Assembly (NCBI GenBank): GCA_039804105.1
Contig: JBDRZU010000002.1
Span: 128,001-192,000 of the forward strand
Source of the DNA: a candidate division WOR-3 bacterium
Lineage (GTDB): Bacteria > Hydrothermota > 32-111
Direction of reading: 5' to 3'
Length of the DNA stretch: 64,000 nucleotides
Shown: one piece after another, positions 21,815-32,595 of the stretch
Numbering within the stretch: position 1 is the first letter of the stretch
Layout: the number at the start of each line of letters is the position of its first letter
Notes under the pieces: model-generated
The model's database searches: none
What the model saw: the letters and a program-made list of their open reading frames with translations, nothing else
Told to the model about the DNA's origin: nothing
Position numbers and translations under genes: made by a program

Positions 21815-21842
21815 ATTATATCAAAAAAAAATAGGATGTAAA
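21815..21842 (-). promoter_or_regulatory. Putative promoter, leaderless (8 nt to ATG 21806)
   Basis: TTTACA-16-TATAAT with TGn. Confidence 0.55.
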
Positions 21843-21846
21843 TATT

Positions 21847-22872
21847 TTATAAATCAAAAGGTAGATCCGTTATAAATTTTTCTCTTCTGTCACCTCTTTC
21901 TTTAATGAGTATTTTACCTGCTCTTTGAACTGTTTCTTCTGTTATCTTCAAAGTTGACCTTTCATCCTCTTTAAGACAGATTTTGTTATCGTACAGTTGA
22001 TATTTTTCTCTATATTCCTGAGGGGTATAATTTGGCATTATAACGTTTGCTCCACTGTTTAACGCTTTTTCTCTTCCTTCTTTATCAAGTGTTGCCATAG
22101 AGGTTGTTGCTGGAATATTTGTGTTGATCGTGACCAATCTTAACAGTGCGATAAAGTTTAACACAAGTTCAAAATCAGGTGGTCTTTGATCTTTCAAAGG
22201 TGTTTGGTGATGTGGAATAAAAGGCCCAACTCCAAGCATATCAAAATCATACATCTTAAAAAAAAGAATATCCTTTGCAAGATCATCGTATGTTTGCCCA
22301 GGAAGACCTATCATAACTCCGGTTCCCGTTTCATAACCAAGTTCCTTTAAAGTTAAAAGTGCTTTTAACCTTACATCAAAATCATCATCTGGATGCAATT
22401 TCTTAAAAAGTTCTCTATTTGTAGTTTCTATCCTTAAAAGGAATCTATCAGCACCTGCTCTTTTCCATTCATAATATTTTTCCCTTTTTCTTTCTCCAAC
22501 AGAGAGAGTTATTGCCATATCAAAATTTTTCTTTGTGTATTCGATTATCTCAGTTATATCCTTGTCATATATATCAACTTCTCCACTCTGTAAAACAATT
22601 GTTCGAAAACCATCATCATAACTTTTTTTTATCAATTCTTTTATCAGTTCTTTTTCGATAGTATACCTTGCAATTTTATTGTTGCTTTTTCTTATTCCAC
22701 AATATAAACAATCTTTTTTACATAGATTTGAAAACTCTATGATTCCTCTTAAATAAACATTTTTTCCATAAATCCTTTCAGTTAAAATGTTTGCCTTTTC
22801 TTGAAGTAACAACGAATCTTCCCCCTTACTTTTTAAAAGGAGTGAGAGTTGCTCTAAGGTGTAATTTTTCAT
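21847..22872 (-). CDS. hydE: [FeFe]-hydrogenase maturase HydE (radical SAM)
   Basis: RGIIEFSNLCKKDCLYCG, LLRIET, GPFIPH, GANVIMPN, YQLYDNKIC; cluster context. Confidence 0.93.
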   Translation of the reverse strand: MKNYTLEQLSLLLKSKGEDSLLLQEKANILTERIYGKNVYLRGIIEFSNLCKKDCLYCGIRKSNNKIARYTIEKELIKELIKKSYDDGFRTIVLQSGEVDIYDKDITEIIEYTKKNFDMAITLSVGERKREKYYEWKRAGADRFLLRIETTNRELFKKLHPDDDFDVRLKALLTLKELGYETGTGVMIGLPGQTYDDLAKDILFFKMYDFDMLGVGPFIPHHQTPLKDQRPPDFELVLNFIALLRLVTINTNIPATTSMATLDKEGREKALNSGANVIMPNYTPQEYREKYQLYDNKICLKEDERSTLKITEETVQRAGKILIKERGDRREKFITDLPFDL

Positions 22873-24104
22873 CTATTCTCCGGGAAAATATTTATATACT
22901 CTCTATAAACATCATCAAAAACTCTAATCGTTCTTTTTAAAGCGTTATGTATATGAGAGATTATAACACCATAATTTGTAACAGGTATGTTATGCTCTTT
23001 CGCTTTTGCGATTCTTGAAAGAACCTCTTTTCTGTTAACCATACAACTTCCACATAGAATCACAAGTTTTGAATCTTCAAGATTTTGGTGTATCATTATT
23101 CCTGGATTCATAACAAAATTCAACTTTTTTCCAGTATAACTTTCGATCCATTTAGGGAGTTTGTATCTGCCTATATCATCAGGCTGTGGATGATGTGTAC
23201 ATGCTTCAGCAATAAAAATTTTATCACCATCGTTCAATTCTTTTAAAACTTTAAGACCTCTTACATATTCGATAAGATCACCTTTCAACCTTGAAAAAAC
23301 TATTGAATATGTAGTTATATATATATCTTCAGGAACAACTTTTGCGACATAATCAACAACCTGAGAGTCAGTTATCACAAGTTTTGGTTTTTTATTCAAA
23401 ATTTTCAAACTCTGCTCAAGTTCAGTATGTTGAACAACAACTGATATTGAGTTCGCATCAAGTGCATCCCTTAACACCTGCTCCTGTGGAAGTATAACTC
23501 TACCTTTCGGAGCAGCGGAATCTATCGGTATGACCTGAACAATTATATCATCCTTGCCAACGATATCTCTGATTATTATATCTGATGTGATCACTTCTTT
23601 TAAAAGAGATGCGATCTTTTCTCTCAATTTTAAAATATTTTCTCCAGTTGAGGAAGAAACTTCCATATATTCAAGTTTTTCACTGGTTATCCAGTCCAAA
23701 ACTTTTTTATCAGTTTTTTCGATATCCATTTTTGAAAAAACAACAAGTATCTTTTCACCTTTGTCTTTCATTTTCTTTATGAAATCTTTATCAAACTGAT
23801 TGAAAGTCGAATATGTTGAAACAAGGATTATAAGATCAGTTTTCCCTAAAACCTCAAGAGATTTTTTGACCCTCTCTTTTCCAAGTTCACCTTCATCATC
23901 TATCCCAGCAGTATCAACTATATAAACAGGGCCAAGAGGTAAAATTTCCATTCTTTTTCCAACAGGGTCGGTAGTTGTTCCAGGGATATCTGAAACTATA
24001 GCAATCTTCTGGCCAGTTAAACTGTTTATCAGAGAAGATTTTCCAACATTTCTTTTACCAAAAATCCCTATGTGGGGAGCCATCGAAAGTAGTTCTTTTT
24101 TCAT
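22869..24104 (-). CDS. hydF: [FeFe]-hydrogenase maturase GTPase HydF
   Basis: GKRNVGKS, GTTTDPV, DTAG, APKGR.ILPQ, EACTHH, CGSC, TNYG. Confidence 0.95.
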   Translation of the reverse strand: MKKELLSMAPHIGIFGKRNVGKSSLINSLTGQKIAIVSDIPGTTTDPVGKRMEILPLGPVYIVDTAGIDDEGELGKERVKKSLEVLGKTDLIILVSTYSTFNQFDKDFIKKMKDKGEKILVVFSKMDIEKTDKKVLDWITSEKLEYMEVSSSTGENILKLREKIASLLKEVITSDIIIRDIVGKDDIIVQVIPIDSAAPKGRVILPQEQVLRDALDANSISVVVQHTELEQSLKILNKKPKLVITDSQVVDYVAKVVPEDIYITTYSIVFSRLKGDLIEYVRGLKVLKELNDGDKIFIAEACTHHPQPDDIGRYKLPKWIESYTGKKLNFVMNPGIMIHQNLEDSKLVILCGSCMVNRKEVLSRIAKAKEHNIPVTNYGVIISHIHNALKRTIRVFDDVYREYINIFPENR

Positions 24105-24113
24105 AACAACCTC

Positions 24114-25511
24114 TTAAAAATAAAGATCTCTTTTTCCGTCTTTTGTTTTTTTAACCTTTTCTAAAAATTTTTTCTTCAAAGGAGAATCTTCCATCTTTGA
24201 TATCTCGTTTTCAACAAGTTTGTACCCAATTTCTTTTGTCTTTTCAGATGCATAATCTTCAAGGTATTCGATGAAGGTTAAAAGTGCGTTTGGCTGACAG
24301 AATGTATGTATATGCCCACCTTTTGCCTCACTCATAAAATGAGCACCTGTTCTTCCACTTCTATAACATGAAGTACAGAATGAGGGAATATAACCATGTG
24401 ATGCTATATCCTGAATGACCTCATCAAGTGAACGCGTATCTCCGATTGTAAACTGTTGCATATCAGGTTTATTACATAAAGCATCATGGTAAGCACCAGG
24501 ATATGTTCTTGATCCAGCACTGATCTGTGAGACCCCAAGTTGGAAAAGTTCTCTCCTGAAATCAGCTGTTTCTCTTGTTGAAAGAATAAGTCCTGTATAA
24601 GGAACAGCAATTCTGAGTATTGCAACAATCTTTTTAAAATCATCGTTTGTTATTTCAACTGGAGGATGTTCTGAAAGTGGTGCACCAAGTGCGGGTTCAA
24701 TTCGTGGAAAGGATATAGTGTGCGGGCCTACACCAAAAACTTTTTCAAGATGTTCAGCATGTTGAATTAAAGCCATCACCTCAAACCTGTAATCATAAAG
24801 TCCAAACAACACTCCCATAGCAACATCATCTATTCCCGCTTCCTGTGCCCTGTCAAGAGCATATAATCTGTAAAGATAATCTCTCTTTTTTCCACCTAAA
24901 TGAACCTTTTCATATGTTTTACGATGATATGTTTCCTGAAAACATTGATATGTTCCAATACCTGAACTCTTCAAAATTTTAAAATCCTCAACATCCATAG
25001 GAGCAACATTAACATTTATTCTTCTGATCTCTCCATTTTTTGATTTAACGGAGTAAGCTGCAAGGATTGTATCTTTTATCCAATCAGCTTTAAATTGTGG
25101 ATGTTCACCATAAACCATCAAAATCCTTTTATGACCTTCATCTTCAAGTATTTTTACCTCTTCTTTAATTTCATCTATCGTTAATGTTCTTCTGTTCAAA
25201 TCTTTATTATCTGCCCTAAAACCACAATATGCACAGATGTTACCACAAACATTTGTCACATAGAGAGGAGCGAAAATCACAAGACGGTTTCCATAAATAT
25301 CCTCTTTTATTTTTAAAGCGAGAGAAAACATCTTTTCTTTCAACTCTTCATCATCGTTCTGTAAGAGAACATAAACATCTTCAACTGAAAGTCCTTTTTT
25401 CTCTTCACCTTTTTTTAAAACTTCAAGAACCTCATTTCTTGAAGGTTTTCTATTTTCTTTTATCAAACGATCAAGATATTCCTGATCTATAAAATCTTTT
25501 AGCTGTTCCAT
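24114..25511 (-). CDS. hydG: [FeFe]-hydrogenase maturase HydG (radical SAM)
   Basis: FAPLY..N.CGNICAYCG, FQETYH, GPHTISFPRI, C-terminal CX2CX22C. Confidence 0.96.
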   Translation of the reverse strand: MEQLKDFIDQEYLDRLIKENRKPSRNEVLEVLKKGEEKKGLSVEDVYVLLQNDDEELKEKMFSLALKIKEDIYGNRLVIFAPLYVTNVCGNICAYCGFRADNKDLNRRTLTIDEIKEEVKILEDEGHKRILMVYGEHPQFKADWIKDTILAAYSVKSKNGEIRRINVNVAPMDVEDFKILKSSGIGTYQCFQETYHRKTYEKVHLGGKKRDYLYRLYALDRAQEAGIDDVAMGVLFGLYDYRFEVMALIQHAEHLEKVFGVGPHTISFPRIEPALGAPLSEHPPVEITNDDFKKIVAILRIAVPYTGLILSTRETADFRRELFQLGVSQISAGSRTYPGAYHDALCNKPDMQQFTIGDTRSLDEVIQDIASHGYIPSFCTSCYRSGRTGAHFMSEAKGGHIHTFCQPNALLTFIEYLEDYASEKTKEIGYKLVENEISKMEDSPLKKKFLEKVKKTKDGKRDLYF

Positions 25512-25783
25512 TTTTTCTCCTTTTTTATCAAAGTTGATGAAACTTTTACACCTTTCAACCTTCCAAGTTTACCGGTCATTGCTCCAATATCATCATTTGT
25601 TCCTTCAACTATAAGCGATATCGCACAAAAATTTTCTCCAATGTTTGGGATACCCATCCTTCCTCTGATTATATAACCATAATCGGTTAATATCTGGTTT
25701 ACATTATGGGATTGTTCCAACCGGTTTTCAATAATAATACCTATTACCCCAATCCTCAAATCATCTTTTTTGTTTTCTTCCAT
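25499..25783 (-). CDS. TM1266-family iron-only hydrogenase system putative regulator
   Basis: RIGVIGIIIE, VNQILTDY..IIRGRMGIP, GAMTGKLGRL.GVKV; first gene of the hyd operon. Confidence 0.88.
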   Translation of the reverse strand: MEENKKDDLRIGVIGIIIENRLEQSHNVNQILTDYGYIIRGRMGIPNIGENFCAISLIVEGTNDDIGAMTGKLGRLKGVKVSSTLIKKEKKWNS

Positions 25784-25870
25784 TTTTTCTCCTCGGACTC
25801 AATTTTTCTCGTCCTCAGTATTTTTTAGATTCCTCGGTTTTTGGAATTATCCATCACCTCAGATATTATT

Positions 25871-25898
25871 ATTTTAACTAAAAAAATCTATCTGTCAA
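25871..25898 (-). promoter_or_regulatory. Putative promoter of the hyd maturase operon
   Basis: TTGACA-16-TAAAAT. Confidence 0.65.
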
Positions 25899-25900
25899 TT

Positions 25901-26569
25901 CTAAAATGTATTATCACTTTCATCAATACTTTTTTTTGCAATCTCTATAAGAACTCCTAAATATATTATTAGAAAAACAAACACTATTTCACCAAAAATC
26001 AAATTCAAAGATACAATAAAGTTGTAAATAAAATGCAAAAATATTGGTATAATCAAAGCTAACAATATATATAATCTATAAATTATTTCTTTACCGTGAA
26101 AAAATTTTGCTTTCATAAAAAAATAACCCATAACTGTTCCAAACAAAGTATGGGCTGGAATCGCAGTAAAAGGCCTTGTGACTGCTACGACCATTCCATA
26201 ACTGATTACATAAAAAATATTTTCCAAAAAAGCAAAGCCGAGAGAAATTAGAACAGAATAAAATATGGCATCAAAAGGTTCATCAAAGTTTTTATTTCTG
26301 TATATAAAAAAGAGAAAAGTTAAAAACTTTAAACTTTCCTCAACAATACCGCCATTCAAACCTGCCCGATAGACCTGTTTGATCTGAAAAACTTCAAAAA
26401 CCTCAGAAAACATTGATTCTATAATAATAGCAGGAAAAACAAGAAAAATTCCAAAAACAAAAGAAAAAATGATCATACTCAACGGTTCTTTATTTTTTCT
26501 GTCTCTTAAATAGAAATATCTTACCAAAACAATAAAAGGAAGAACAGAAAGAATAATTTTAAGAACCAT
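25901..26569 (-). CDS. prsW: PrsW-family intramembrane protease
   Basis: D...KEP, VEESLK, FDEPFD, LGFAFLEN, PAH..FG..MG, H..YN. Confidence 0.88.
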   Translation of the reverse strand: MVLKIILSVLPFIVLVRYFYLRDRKNKEPLSMIIFSFVFGIFLVFPAIIIESMFSEVFEVFQIKQVYRAGLNGGIVEESLKFLTFLFFIYRNKNFDEPFDAIFYSVLISLGFAFLENIFYVISYGMVVAVTRPFTAIPAHTLFGTVMGYFFMKAKFFHGKEIIYRLYILLALIIPIFLHFIYNFIVSLNLIFGEIVFVFLIIYLGVLIEIAKKSIDESDNTF

Positions 26570-28011
26570 TATTTGGGACCTTCATAGTTTGGTGCTTCTT
26601 TTGAAATTATTACGTTATGTGGATGGTTTTCCTTAACAGAGGAGTAAGATATTTTTATGAATTCGGCATTTTTTTGTAGGTCTTTTATAGTTTTTGTACC
26701 ACAGTATCCCATTCCAGATCTTATACCACCAACAAGTTGAAATAAAACTTCTGAAACTTTCCCTTTATATGGTACCCTTGCAACTATTCCTTCAGGCACA
26801 AGTTTTTGTGCCTCTTCCTGAAAATATCTATCCTTTGAGCCAGCCATCATCGCATCTATTGAACCCATTCCTCTATAAACTTTAAACTTTCTGCCATCCA
26901 TTATAACTGTTTCTCCTGGTGCTTCATCGGTTCCAGCAAGTAATCCTCCTATCATTACAACATCAGCACCTGCTGCAAGTGCTTTTACAATATCTCCAGA
27001 ATAAACGATTCCACCATCAGCAATAAGTGGTATATTATTTGTCAAAGTTATATTTTTAACTTCCATAATTGCGGTTAACTGTGGCACACCAACACCTGCG
27101 ATAACCCTTGTGGTACATATAGAACCAGGGCCTATTCCAACCTTCACTCCATCAACCCCAGCATCGATAAGGTGTTTTGCTCCCTCTTTTGTCGCTACAT
27201 TTCCTGCAATAACATCTATTTTGAATCTTTTCTTGATCTCTTTAACTTTTAAAATCACATTTTTTGAATCACCATGAGCAGAATCTACAACGATAAGATC
27301 AACTCCAGCCTCTATAAGTTTTTCGGCTCTCTCAACGGAATCTGAAGAAACACCAATAGCAGCACCTACCCTTAACCTCCCAAATTTATCTTTGCAGGCA
27401 AGCGGATGTTCAACAAGATTTAATATATCTTTTATTGTTATCAATCCAATAAGATGGTTGCTATCGTCAACAACAGGTAATTTTTCAATTCTCTTCTCTC
27501 TGAAGATTTCTTTTGCTTTTTTTAGAGTTATTCCCTTTTTTGCTACAATAAGATCTTTAGATGTCATTCGGTCTTTTACAAGCACATTCATATTCTCTTC
27601 AAATAGAATGTCTCTTTTTGTTAATATTCCAACAAGTCGTTTTTTTTCATCAACAACTGGAAGTCCAGAGAGGTTATACTCTTTCATATATTTCTTTGCA
27701 TCACCGATTGTATTATCTGGGGAAAGTGTCAAAGGATCCTGTATCATACCCGATTCATACCTTTTTACCCTTCTTACCTCTTCGGACTGTTCTTTTACAC
27801 TCATATTTTTATGGATTATTCCCAATCCACCTTCCTTTGCCATCTCAATAGCCATTGCACTTTCTGTAACAGTATCCATTGCAGCAGAAATTATCGGTAT
27901 GTTCAGGGAAATATTTTTTGTAAGGTTCGTTTTTAAAACTACATCTTTTGGTAAAATTTCAGAATATTTGGGAACAAGTAAAACATCATCAAAAGTTAAT
28001 CCTTCTTTCAT
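26569..28011 (-). CDS. guaB: IMP dehydrogenase
   Basis: [22 protein letters not shown] pair, [17 protein letters not shown]. Confidence 0.98.
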   Translation of the reverse strand: MKEGLTFDDVLLVPKYSEILPKDVVLKTNLTKNISLNIPIISAAMDTVTESAMAIEMAKEGGLGIIHKNMSVKEQSEEVRRVKRYESGMIQDPLTLSPDNTIGDAKKYMKEYNLSGLPVVDEKKRLVGILTKRDILFEENMNVLVKDRMTSKDLIVAKKGITLKKAKEIFREKRIEKLPVVDDSNHLIGLITIKDILNLVEHPLACKDKFGRLRVGAAIGVSSDSVERAEKLIEAGVDLIVVDSAHGDSKNVILKVKEIKKRFKIDVIAGNVATKEGAKHLIDAGVDGVKVGIGPGSICTTRVIAGVGVPQLTAIMEVKNITLTNNIPLIADGGIVYSGDIVKALAAGADVVMIGGLLAGTDEAPGETVIMDGRKFKVYRGMGSIDAMMAGSKDRYFQEEAQKLVPEGIVARVPYKGKVSEVLFQLVGGIRSGMGYCGTKTIKDLQKNAEFIKISYSSVKENHPHNVIISKEAPNYEGPK

Positions 28012-28021
28012 CTTTCCTCCA

Positions 28022-30139
28022 TCACTTATTTTTTCTCTTTATAACTTTTTCTATCTTTAAATCAAGTATCATCCTTTCTGGTACTATGTTTAAAATCTTA
28101 ACTAAAACCTTATCACCTATAGTTATTATTTTTTTTGTATTGACTCCATAGATTGAAATCTCATCATCACAGACATGGTAAAAATCATCCTCTATGTCTC
28201 TATATCTTACAAGTCCGTCGATAAAGAGATCTTTTATCTGAATAAACATACCGAAAGGTGTAACAGAAGTTATCACACCCTCATATTTCTTTTTCTGATG
28301 TTCTTTCAGGTAATATAGTTTTGCAACATCGTAAGCGTTTCTTTCGGCTTTTTCTGCTGCAATTTCCCTTTCTGTCGAATGTTTTGCAATAACTTCAAGA
28401 TCTGCAGAGTCAAAGAGTTTTCCTTCGATAATTTTTCTTAACTGTCGATGTACTATAAGATCAGGATACCTTCGTATCGGAGAAGTGAAATGGGTGTAAT
28501 ATTTTAAACCGAGTCCATAGTGTCCATAGTTTTTCGTAGTATATTTTGCTTTCATCATAGATCTTAAAATAAGTTCCCTTACGATGAAACCAAAATCACT
28601 GTTTTTACTCTTTTCCAGAATACTTTGTAATTCTTTTCCATCGAACTTTTTTATCTTTATTCCATACTCTTTCAAAATATCCTTTAATTGATAAAGTTTT
28701 TCTATATCGGGTTCTTCATGAATTCTATAGATAGTTATTCTTGTATTGTTTGTGAGAAAGGTTGATATAAGATTGTTGGCTGTTATCATGAAATTTTCGA
28801 TAATTTTATGGGAAGTCAACCTTTTTTTCTCTTTTATATTTTTGATATTTCCTGTATCATCGATTGATATTTCAACTTCTGGAATGTCAAAATCCATTCT
28901 TCCTTCAGAAAAGGCTTTTTTTGATATCTCGTTTGAAAGTTTTTCCATCATCGCAAGATCTGTATAAAATTGATCATCCTTTTTTGTTTTTAAAATTTCT
29001 TCAACCTCTTCATATGTAAACCTTCTTTTACTCTTTATAACAGATGGAAAAATGTTATAAGTTTCTATATCATAGTTACTGTTGAATGTTACTTCACAGG
29101 TTATGGTATACCTTTCCTCATAAGGTCTAAGAGAACAGATATCGTTTGATAACTTTTCAGGTAACATCGGTACAGTTTTTGAGACAAGGTATACACTTGT
29201 TCCCCTTTTGAACGCTTCTTTATCTATCGGATTGTTCTCCTTTACAAAATAAGAAACATCCGCAATATGAACTCCTAATACCAGTTTGTTATCTTTCTGC
29301 TCAATTGAAACGGCATCATCAAAATCTTTTGCATTGTAAGGATCTATAGTAAAGATATTCTTTTCAGTTAAATCAACCCTGTTTTTAAAGTCCTCTTCAG
29401 GATTAAATCTAATCTTTTTAACCTCGATTAAAACATCTTCAGGAAAATTCTCTGAAAATCCATTCTCGATAAGGATCATCTTCTCTATAAGATCAAGTTT
29501 GTTTTCATATTTTAATTCTTTTTCTATAACACCTGTTGGGTTCAATTTAGGTGATAACCAATCGTTTAATTTCACTACAACCCTTTTTTCAAGATATTTT
29601 TCTAGATCTATTCCAAAACCATCTATAAAAATATTTTTCAAAATCTTTTTGTCATCTGGAACCACATAGTAAAATTTCCCACTCTTTTTTAAAACTCCAG
29701 TTATCCTGTCAGATCTTCTTTCAACAACAGAAACTACTTTTCCTTCCTTTCTTTTTCCACCTTTACCGCCCAAGATTTTTACCAACACTCTGTCTTTATC
29801 AAGTGCTGTTCCCATCAGATGTAAAGGTATAAAAATATCATCCTGAAGGTCATCACGTATCAAAAAACCAAAACCTTTTGGATTAACATCGAGAACACCT
29901 GAAACAATGTTCATCTGGGAGGATACACCAAACTTGTTGTTTTTCAACACAACGAGAAAACCTTTCTTTAAAAGGTTCTCAACGACCTTGTTCAATTTTT
30001 GTTCATCTTTGATTTTTAACGCTTTTGAAAGTTCTTTTTTTGAAAACGGTTTTTTGAACCTGTTCAAAATAAATTTTTCAACATTAGTTGGTGTTAAAGA
30101 ATTATTCTGTTCTATTATTTTTCTAGTCTTCTTTTTCAT
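28022..30139 (-). CDS. rnr: Ribonuclease R
   Basis: GFGF cold-shock domain, FTIDP..AKDFDDA, HIADVS, HFTSPIRRYPDL, S1 domain. Confidence 0.95.
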   Translation of the reverse strand: MKKKTRKIIEQNNSLTPTNVEKFILNRFKKPFSKKELSKALKIKDEQKLNKVVENLLKKGFLVVLKNNKFGVSSQMNIVSGVLDVNPKGFGFLIRDDLQDDIFIPLHLMGTALDKDRVLVKILGGKGGKRKEGKVVSVVERRSDRITGVLKKSGKFYYVVPDDKKILKNIFIDGFGIDLEKYLEKRVVVKLNDWLSPKLNPTGVIEKELKYENKLDLIEKMILIENGFSENFPEDVLIEVKKIRFNPEEDFKNRVDLTEKNIFTIDPYNAKDFDDAVSIEQKDNKLVLGVHIADVSYFVKENNPIDKEAFKRGTSVYLVSKTVPMLPEKLSNDICSLRPYEERYTITCEVTFNSNYDIETYNIFPSVIKSKRRFTYEEVEEILKTKKDDQFYTDLAMMEKLSNEISKKAFSEGRMDFDIPEVEISIDDTGNIKNIKEKKRLTSHKIIENFMITANNLISTFLTNNTRITIYRIHEEPDIEKLYQLKDILKEYGIKIKKFDGKELQSILEKSKNSDFGFIVRELILRSMMKAKYTTKNYGHYGLGLKYYTHFTSPIRRYPDLIVHRQLRKIIEGKLFDSADLEVIAKHSTEREIAAEKAERNAYDVAKLYYLKEHQKKKYEGVITSVTPFGMFIQIKDLFIDGLVRYRDIEDDFYHVCDDEISIYGVNTKKIITIGDKVLVKILNIVPERMILDLKIEKVIKRKNK

Positions 30140-30145
30140 AAATTG

Positions 30146-30173
30146 AGTTTAAAGAAATATTTCTTTCTGTCAA
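30146..30173 (-). promoter_or_regulatory. Putative rnr promoter, leaderless (6 nt to ATG)
   Basis: TTGACA-16-TAAACT. Confidence 0.55.
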
Positions 30174-30182
30174 TACAACTCT

Positions 30183-31922
30183 TTATTTTATTATCATAAT
30201 TTTATCTTTTTCACCTTTCCCATAATCAACAAAGTATATTCCATTCTTCAAAAATGAAAGATCAACAATTTTAAGATTTTTTATATTTTTTTCAAAAATC
30301 TTTTTTCCTATTCTGTTGTAAATATCGATATGGTCAACAGAATTATTAAAAAAGAATAATTTGTTTCTCAAAAAGATAGGTCTTCTTTCTTCGCATTTTA
30401 AGTTAAACTCTTTAACAACAATTTTATCAACAAAAGTAAAACCGATTATTCTATAGTTATAGTTTCCATAAATATCAAGTTTATCTTTAAACCTTCCTGT
30501 TGGATTTCCAGATTCAAAAATTATTTTATCATTTCGTACTATCTGGACACCAATAAAATTTGATGGTAAAACATAATCGAAAGAAACTTCTCTTGTTTCA
30601 ATGTCAAAATCATAATTTATTTCAAATTCTTCTTTTTGCGTTGTAGTGGCACCGTATATGAAATTTGTCCATGTATAACAGGCACCATTAACTGAACCGT
30701 TGTAAAGTGAAGATGCCCCCCATCTGTGTGCTGATGAATAGTACTGTTGCTCAAAATAGTAAATATTTTTATCATCAGGCATATATATTCCAAGCCCATG
30801 AGAGTTTGAAAAACCGTTTTGCCAGTCCTCTGGATTCATTTTATCTATAATATTCATTATGTTTACAGCATAAGTTTTTACTCTTGTTCCTATAGTTCCA
30901 TTAGTATTTAAAAGATAGCAAAAATGGTAGAGATCTTTAAAATCCTGATAAAATGTTCCTGAAGACATCGGTTGTGTTCCATCAATACATGCTTGAACAT
31001 CGGATGCATCTCTCCCACCTTCATCGATTATAAGATATTTGGCAAGATTGAATATCTGGCTTCTTAAATATAAAAATTCATTTTCAGTGATTCCATTGAA
31101 ATATTCTGTATTGTTGATCACATTGTAAGTTAAAGTATTTTCCGTAGAACTACCATAATATGTTTTATAATCGTTCACAATAAGATGTCCAAGCCACGCA
31201 TGTGAGGTTGGAGCACTTGTCGCAAGTGAAGTTATAAAAGAGTTATAATACCAACCAGCAAATGGTATGTTTGCTTCAGAATAAACAACCATATCAGCAA
31301 GATCATACATATCCCATAAAACTTCCATATATGCCATAACACACATATCACAACCGATAAAATAAAAATCTTTTCCTATTTGGTTTCTCGCACCTTCAAG
31401 TGCCTCTCTCCATTCTCCAGAAGCGCCACTCATAAAATCTCCATCAGTATCATCCGACACACCCCCTTTCAAAGGCATATCCTGATCTTTAGCCCAACCA
31501 GCACCGTGATTCCAGATTATAAGTCCATAGTTTGATGCACTATAATTTTTCTCTGCCCAATCAACAAAATCTATAAGGGTTTGAGGATCGGACATATTTT
31601 TTTCACCCAAAACAACACTTGCAAGATCGTTTATCTTTCCATCAGTCCCATTCCCTCCTCCTGAAAGATGGTAATATCGAGTATCAGTTCTTGTTCCACC
31701 CTCATCAACATATCCGCCATAAGAAGGATGTCCATCAACACATATAACTATGTCAAGGTTGGATGTTAGATTTCCGTATGCTGCCTCAATTTCATCTATA
31801 TCATCATTTATAGCGGAAGAAAGATTGTTGTCTCCGCAAATATAAATCATAAGTGTAAACGCTTTACCATAGATTGATACCATAAAGATAACCGAAAAAA
31901 ATAGAAAGAACAACTTTTTCAT
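30183..31922 (-). CDS. Secreted clostripain-family (C11) cysteine peptidase with a T9SS-like C-terminal domain
   Basis: Signal peptide from ATG 31922, Y..GDNNL, WNHGAGW, DMCVM, SE, GLGIY.P, C-terminal LKNGIYFV...KIMIIK. Confidence 0.85.
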   Translation of the reverse strand: MKKLFFLFFSVIFMVSIYGKAFTLMIYICGDNNLSSAINDDIDEIEAAYGNLTSNLDIVICVDGHPSYGGYVDEGGTRTDTRYYHLSGGGNGTDGKINDLASVVLGEKNMSDPQTLIDFVDWAEKNYSASNYGLIIWNHGAGWAKDQDMPLKGGVSDDTDGDFMSGASGEWREALEGARNQIGKDFYFIGCDMCVMAYMEVLWDMYDLADMVVYSEANIPFAGWYYNSFITSLATSAPTSHAWLGHLIVNDYKTYYGSSTENTLTYNVINNTEYFNGITENEFLYLRSQIFNLAKYLIIDEGGRDASDVQACIDGTQPMSSGTFYQDFKDLYHFCYLLNTNGTIGTRVKTYAVNIMNIIDKMNPEDWQNGFSNSHGLGIYMPDDKNIYYFEQQYYSSAHRWGASSLYNGSVNGACYTWTNFIYGATTTQKEEFEINYDFDIETREVSFDYVLPSNFIGVQIVRNDKIIFESGNPTGRFKDKLDIYGNYNYRIIGFTFVDKIVVKEFNLKCEERRPIFLRNKLFFFNNSVDHIDIYNRIGKKIFEKNIKNLKIVDLSFLKNGIYFVDYGKGEKDKIMIIK

Positions 31923-31973
31923 AAAACCCCCCAATTTTATTTAAAAATAAAATAAATTCTCAAAATAAACATT

Positions 31974-32594
31974 TTAAAAATACTCCTGAGGATTATTTTT
32001 CAAATAGTGGTTAATGTTTAGATTCTTTAACATAAAATTTCCATTTTTATATTCAAAAATCGTTGTTGACGCTGGATCGAAATGTATTTTCCAGAAATAG
32101 GGTTTTGGTATTCCTAAAATACCAGCAACAAGAGGTTTTAAAACTGCTCTATGTGTAACTATCAAAATATTACCTTTTGAGTTTTCAACAATTTCTTTTG
32201 TCCTTTTCAAACTTCTTTCCATAACATCATCAAGTTTCTCCATCCCATCAACATCAAGATATTCTGGAGTTTTTTTCCATATTTCCCATTCTTTTGGGAA
32301 ATTCTTTTCAACATACTCTTTTGTCAAACCCTCCCACGGACCTAAGTTTATATTGTTGAAACTTTCATCCTTTTCAATTTGAATCTTTTTAAAATCAGCG
32401 ATCGGCTGTGCTGTTTGAAGTGATCTTTTGAGTGGACTTGAAATTATTCTTTCAAACTCAAAATCTTTTAAAAATTCTCTAAGTTCTGTTGCCTGTCTTT
32501 CACCTATTTCAGTTAAAGGGAAATCTACTCTTCCTCTGAATTTGTTATCCCTATTACCTTCGCTTTCACCATGTCTCACAAGATAGATAAACAT
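31974..32594 (-). CDS. Histidine phosphatase (phosphoglycerate mutase) family protein
   Basis: LVRHGES, SSPLKR..QTA, G.WEG, IVTH. Confidence 0.9.
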   Translation of the reverse strand: MFIYLVRHGESEGNRDNKFRGRVDFPLTEIGERQATELREFLKDFEFERIISSPLKRSLQTAQPIADFKKIQIEKDESFNNINLGPWEGLTKEYVEKNFPKEWEIWKKTPEYLDVDGMEKLDDVMERSLKRTKEIVENSKGNILIVTHRAVLKPLVAGILGIPKPYFWKIHFDPASTTIFEYKNGNFMLKNLNINHYLKNNPQEYF

Positions 32595-32595
32595 G

